Assembly: GCA_951406725.2 (NCBI GenBank)
Contig: OX597837.1
Coordinates: forward strand, 7,006,001-7,070,000
DNA length: 64,000 bases
Direction: 5' to 3'
From: Octopus vulgaris
Lineage: Eukaryota
Part shown: positions 60,064 to 64,000 of the stretch, piece by piece
How positions within the stretch are numbered: position 1 is the stretch's first letter
How the letters are laid out: every line of letters begins with the position of its first letter
Notes under the pieces: generated by a model
The model's input: only the letters and a program-made list of their open reading frames with translations
Databases searched by the model: none
What the model was told of the DNA's origin: nothing
Position numbers and translations under genes: made by a program

Positions 60064-60445
60064 TCTCTCTATATATAAACGGCAGTTTGTCTGTGCGTGT
60101 TTCTGTGTGTCTGTTTGCTTGTACCCTCACCCTGACCACGGTTTTCAACCGATTCTGATGAAACTTGACACACACATAGCTCAATGTCATAATTCAAAAC
60201 TAACGCAGCGAAAATTTTGAAAAGTTCCCCCAGTTCTGAAAAATCGATAAATTCGACATGGGGTCGAGAATCAGAAACACAAACCGCAAACTGTCTAGGG
60301 GACGCAACTCCACCTCTTTTTACTCTCAACAAAAGTTTACCATCATATTTTTCCATTTTTTTGCTATTTTTTGGCTATAACTCTCTAAAAATGCTTTATA
60401 GTTATTTCCCTTACAAACCTGAGCAACGCCGGGCGATACTGCTAG
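60064..60445 (+). mobile_element. Non-autonomous Helitron
   Basis: Starts A|TC..tctatatataaac, has the subterminal GC-rich motif cctgagcaacgccgggcg, and ends CTAG|T. Confidence 0.75.
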
Positions 60446-60682
60446 TACATTATAAAACTGTCATAAGTTTCTTCAAAGTTTAGCCAAACGTTGTCTCTTG
60501 AAACAGTGCTGTTTCGAAGAACAGGATCTATAGGAAGTAAAGAAATTCGATGGAACTGATCCTAAAAATTCTAAGAATAGGTTGGATGCTGATGTAGAAC
60601 ATGGTTGAACACCTGCGACGGGAAGAGTCCAAAAGAGCAGATATGGAATAAAATTAAAACCTGAACTCCGTCGGTTACGATG

Positions 60683-60972
60683 GATGTTTCAGTTGGTGCA
60701 ATCAACGGAACAGCCTACCCTTCCAATTAACGTGCAGATGGCTGAGCTTTCTACTGGCATGCGTACCCTTAACATAGTACTCAGGGAGATTCCGTGTGAA
60801 ACAGAATGTGGCAAGCCTGGCCCTTTGAAATACAGGTACAACTCGTTTTTGCCTGTTGAGTTAACTGGAGCCATGTGAAATAAAATGTCCAGCGCAAGGA
60901 CAAAACACACCACCGTGAATCGAACTCACGATCTTGGGGCGAATGCTGTAACTCGTAAGCCACGTGACTTCA
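60683..60972 (-). mobile_element. Degenerate CORE-type SINE
   Basis: Reverse complement similarity to 40590-40860. Confidence 0.7.
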
Positions 60973-61224
60973 CGATGTAAAGCTGCCAAATATAGGAACA
61001 TGTGATTGTTGAAGACGAAGTTGCTATTGCTTTTTGTTTCGTATTTTTTGGTGGAGAGAGTTGCTTTTTTTTGTTTTTTTGTTTTAAAAATTTTGGAAGT
61101 AGATAGCAGGTGAGAAACAAGATACGGGTGTTTTGAACCTTTGAAAGAATCAAAAATGATATTCCATTATTAACTTCCTGACGACTACTTATTGTTCTCA
61201 GGGAAAAAAAGAACGAACAAAAGA

Positions 61225-62700
61225 TATTTCGATGCTTACATTGCAAGGCCTCGATGTCAACAAGGGTCACGGCCCTGACGGCATACACCCACGGGTTATC
61301 AAAGCGTTGGCTCCGGTCATCTGCGAGCCCTTAACACGACTATTCAATATGTCGTTGGCGACGAGTGTTATACCTGCAGACTGGAGAACAGCGATAATCT
61401 GCCCAATTTTCAAGAAAGGGAGCCGCGAAGACCCGCTTAACTACCGACCGGTTTCCCTTACATCAATAATCAGCAAGATGTTCGAAACCATCCTTAAGAA
61501 AAGTATGATGCTCCACCTCCTAAACACAGCCTCGATCACTGATTCCCAACACGGCTTCGTGCCGAAGAGATCATGCTTGACCAACTTACTAGTAATGGAA
61601 GAATTGGTGACGCGCATCCTCGATGATAGTGATGCTGTTGACATCGTTTTATTGGACTTTGCCAAAGCTTTTGACTCGGTAAACCACCGCCTACTACTTG
61701 TCAAGCTTCAAGCATATAGTTTCCATCCGGATATTGTACGATGGGTTAGTGCCTTCCTCTCAGATCGCTCCTTCCAAGTTCAAGTTAATGGTTCGCGGTC
61801 CGACGTCTCACGCAACACACCCTTCTATTTGCCGACGATATCAAACTGGTCGCTCCTCGCGGTAGTATAGAAGATCTTCGTCGATGCCTTCACCAAATTT
61901 GGAAGTGGTCTAACGATTGGGACCTGTGTCTGAACGTGTCAAAGTGCTGTCATCTGCCTGTCGGCTCTACTCCTGCAACTCAACTTGATTTCGAGCCGAG
62001 TCGTCTGCTGCTGGAGAGGACCGATCAGGTAAAGGACCTGGGTATCTTGGTGGATTCCTCCTTTTCGCCTTCGGCCCAGTGCGTCCATGCTGCCAACAAA
62101 GCGCGCGGAATTCTGTTTTTGATTCGACGGTCATTCGGAATGCTCACAGCAGCCATATTCCTGCCACTCTATGTCACGCTGGTGAGACCCATATTGGAGT
62201 ATGGGATTCAAGCCTCTTCTCCTTATCTCCTCAAAGACATACAGCACCTCGAAAGAGTCCAGAGGCTGGCTACCCGCATGGTTCATGGTCTCAAAAATTT
62301 GTCCTACGAAGAAAGGCTGAGGACGCTCGACCTTTGTTCTCCTTGAAAAACGCCGCCGCCGTGGTGATCTCATTCTCGCCCACAACATCATAAGCGGGAA
62401 GTGTAACCTCTCGAAAGAGCTGTTCTTCACTCCTGCTCCGGAGCGTCGGCTGCGGGGTCATTCCGAAAAGCTCTACCTGCGAAGGAGAGGAGCTTTCTCC
62501 GTCCGGGTTGCGGATCCGTGGAACAAGCTGCCAGACGAGATGGTGAAGATGCCGACGACCGCTTTGTTCAAAGCCTCCCTGGACCTCAAGTGGCCTGAAC
62601 TCTTTACATGAACACCACGCTGTACTTAACTCCATGTCCCCCTACATGGCCTTGCTATTTGCTTATGAGCCAAATTAACTAACTAACTAACTAACTAAAA
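61225..62700 (+). mobile_element. 5'-truncated CR1-group LINE (RT region and 3' end)
   Basis: GPDGIHPRVIK..PIFKKGSREDPLNYRPVSLTS..QHGF..LDFAKAFDSV..[deletion]LLFADDIK..LVRPILEY..LERVQRLATR. Ends in a (TAAC)n tail and has frameshifts. Confidence 0.92.
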
Positions 62701-62718
62701 AACTAATAACAGTTTCGT

Positions 62719-62794
<76 letters not shown>

Positions 62795-62795
<1 letters not shown>

Positions 62796-62955
62796 AGGGA
62801 AAGTTTACGAAAATAAACAAAAAGACGAAGGCAGGTGGAGTACAAACAAACAAATGTATTAGTATAGCGCTCAGGAATAGAAAAAGGCTGCAGAAAGATA
62901 CACAGAAAAAGACAAGGAGAGAAAAAAATGTGTGTAGTAGCTAACTATCTATCAT
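62795..62955 (-). mobile_element. Family H3 element lacking the HHR segment
   Basis: Collinear with 59587-59780, but the gtttcgagcc..gctcttc block is missing. Confidence 0.7.
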
Positions 62956-63093
62956 ATAAGTTCATTCTCATTCCGCTCAGAATAATTTTTCTATCGACTA
63001 GTCAGACATGACCATGCATCAGCAAATAATTTATTTGCTAAATTCTATAAACTAAAACCACATATCTTTATCAAATTCGAACATCAAGGGAGT

Positions 63094-63143
63094 AGTTTCG
63101 ACTGAAGAGACACAATGACATCGAAACGCCGGTTCTCAAAACT
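63094..63143 (+). ncRNA. Decayed hammerhead motif
   Basis: aguuucga CUGAAGA ga..uc GAAAC gccg GUUC ucaaaacu. Helix I pairs 7/8 only if one extra U is allowed. Confidence 0.4.
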
Positions 63144-63398
63144 TTCCAGTGCCACTGAATCGAGTGTATTGATACATTTACTGTTTAAATGAAGTTGCTT
63201 ACTCACTTTGAAATCTGCTGGAACGTATAAAGAATTCATATATATCAATATTTAGGTTATCGGTGTTTTCAGTAATCGAAAGATGGCGAGCTGACAGAAT
63301 CATTGGCATGCATGGCAAAATGCTTTTCAGCATTTGGCCTGTCCTTTCAATATGAGATCAAATTCCACCGTGGAGGGTTTTGCAATGATTATTTAATG

Positions 63399-63455
63399 CA
63401 CTTTATATATATAAACTTTATATATATAAACTTTATATATATAAACTTTATATAT
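63399..63455. repeat. 15-bp tandem repeat (actttatatatataa), about 3.7 copies
   Basis: Direct inspection. Confidence 0.85.
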
Positions 63456-64000
63456 CCTGTGCACAATTTTATAGACTTAATACACAGCATTCATAAAATA
63501 AATATTCACTTTTTCCATTTTCCCCATAAACAGAAAAAATATCCGGTACACATGATACAACCTTTAGTTAAACTGCATATATTTGCCACATAAATAATCG
63601 TGAATATTTCACGGAATTGCACTTATGCACATGCGTTAAGTGTTAGGTGATATAAAAAACATAGTTCGTTTTTTTTTTAAAATGCACTTTTCCCTATTCA
63701 TATATCAGCGCCACCTCCACCACCACCAGTGCCATCTTCATCTCTCTCTTCCCCTCTCTCTCCCTCTCCCTCTCACTGCTTCATCTCTCCCTCCCCTTTC
63801 TTTAACCTGACCATCAAAACATCACCCCTCTGCTACAATTATATTTCTACCTTCCTCTATATCACTACCTTCAACTAACTTTTTTAACCACGTAGTAAAA
63901 AGTTCGTTCCCCTACAACACGTCATGGATGCTCTTTTTCTTTCTCCGTCTTTGCTCCCTTTCTCTGTCTGTCTGTCTGTCTCTTTCTCTCTCTCTCTGTC

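Overview
AT-rich, microsatellite-saturated animal genomic DNA. The tRNA-derived SINE families look like those of Octopus (inference), and there is no prokaryotic operon or CRISPR structure. Almost all ORFs in the supplied track are translations of simple repeats. One real-looking gene is present at 34176..36176 (-): an uninterrupted 666-aa secreted ADAMTS/MIG-17-like protein in which all three zinc-binding His and the catalytic Glu are replaced, so it is a predicted pseudo-protease. The rest is SINEs (some in head-to-tail multimers), LINE fragments (Tx1/L1-like, CR1-like), Tc1/mariner fragments, a short Helitron and a tRNA-Asp pseudogene. The signal the ORF track misses is a dense set of type I hammerhead ribozyme (HHR) motifs: 8 with a canonical or near-canonical fold, 5 ultra-short variants and 3 decayed copies in 64 kb. 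They sit in several families of short non-coding elements, mostly inserted in or beside (AT)n tracts. Several carry Penelope-style partial inverted duplications, one is a full palindrome with two HHRs, and one has a 451-bp circularly permuted unit. Nearly all have a palindromic helix III whose sequence differs between families. All folds were assigned by eye, and repeat boundaries are approximate.
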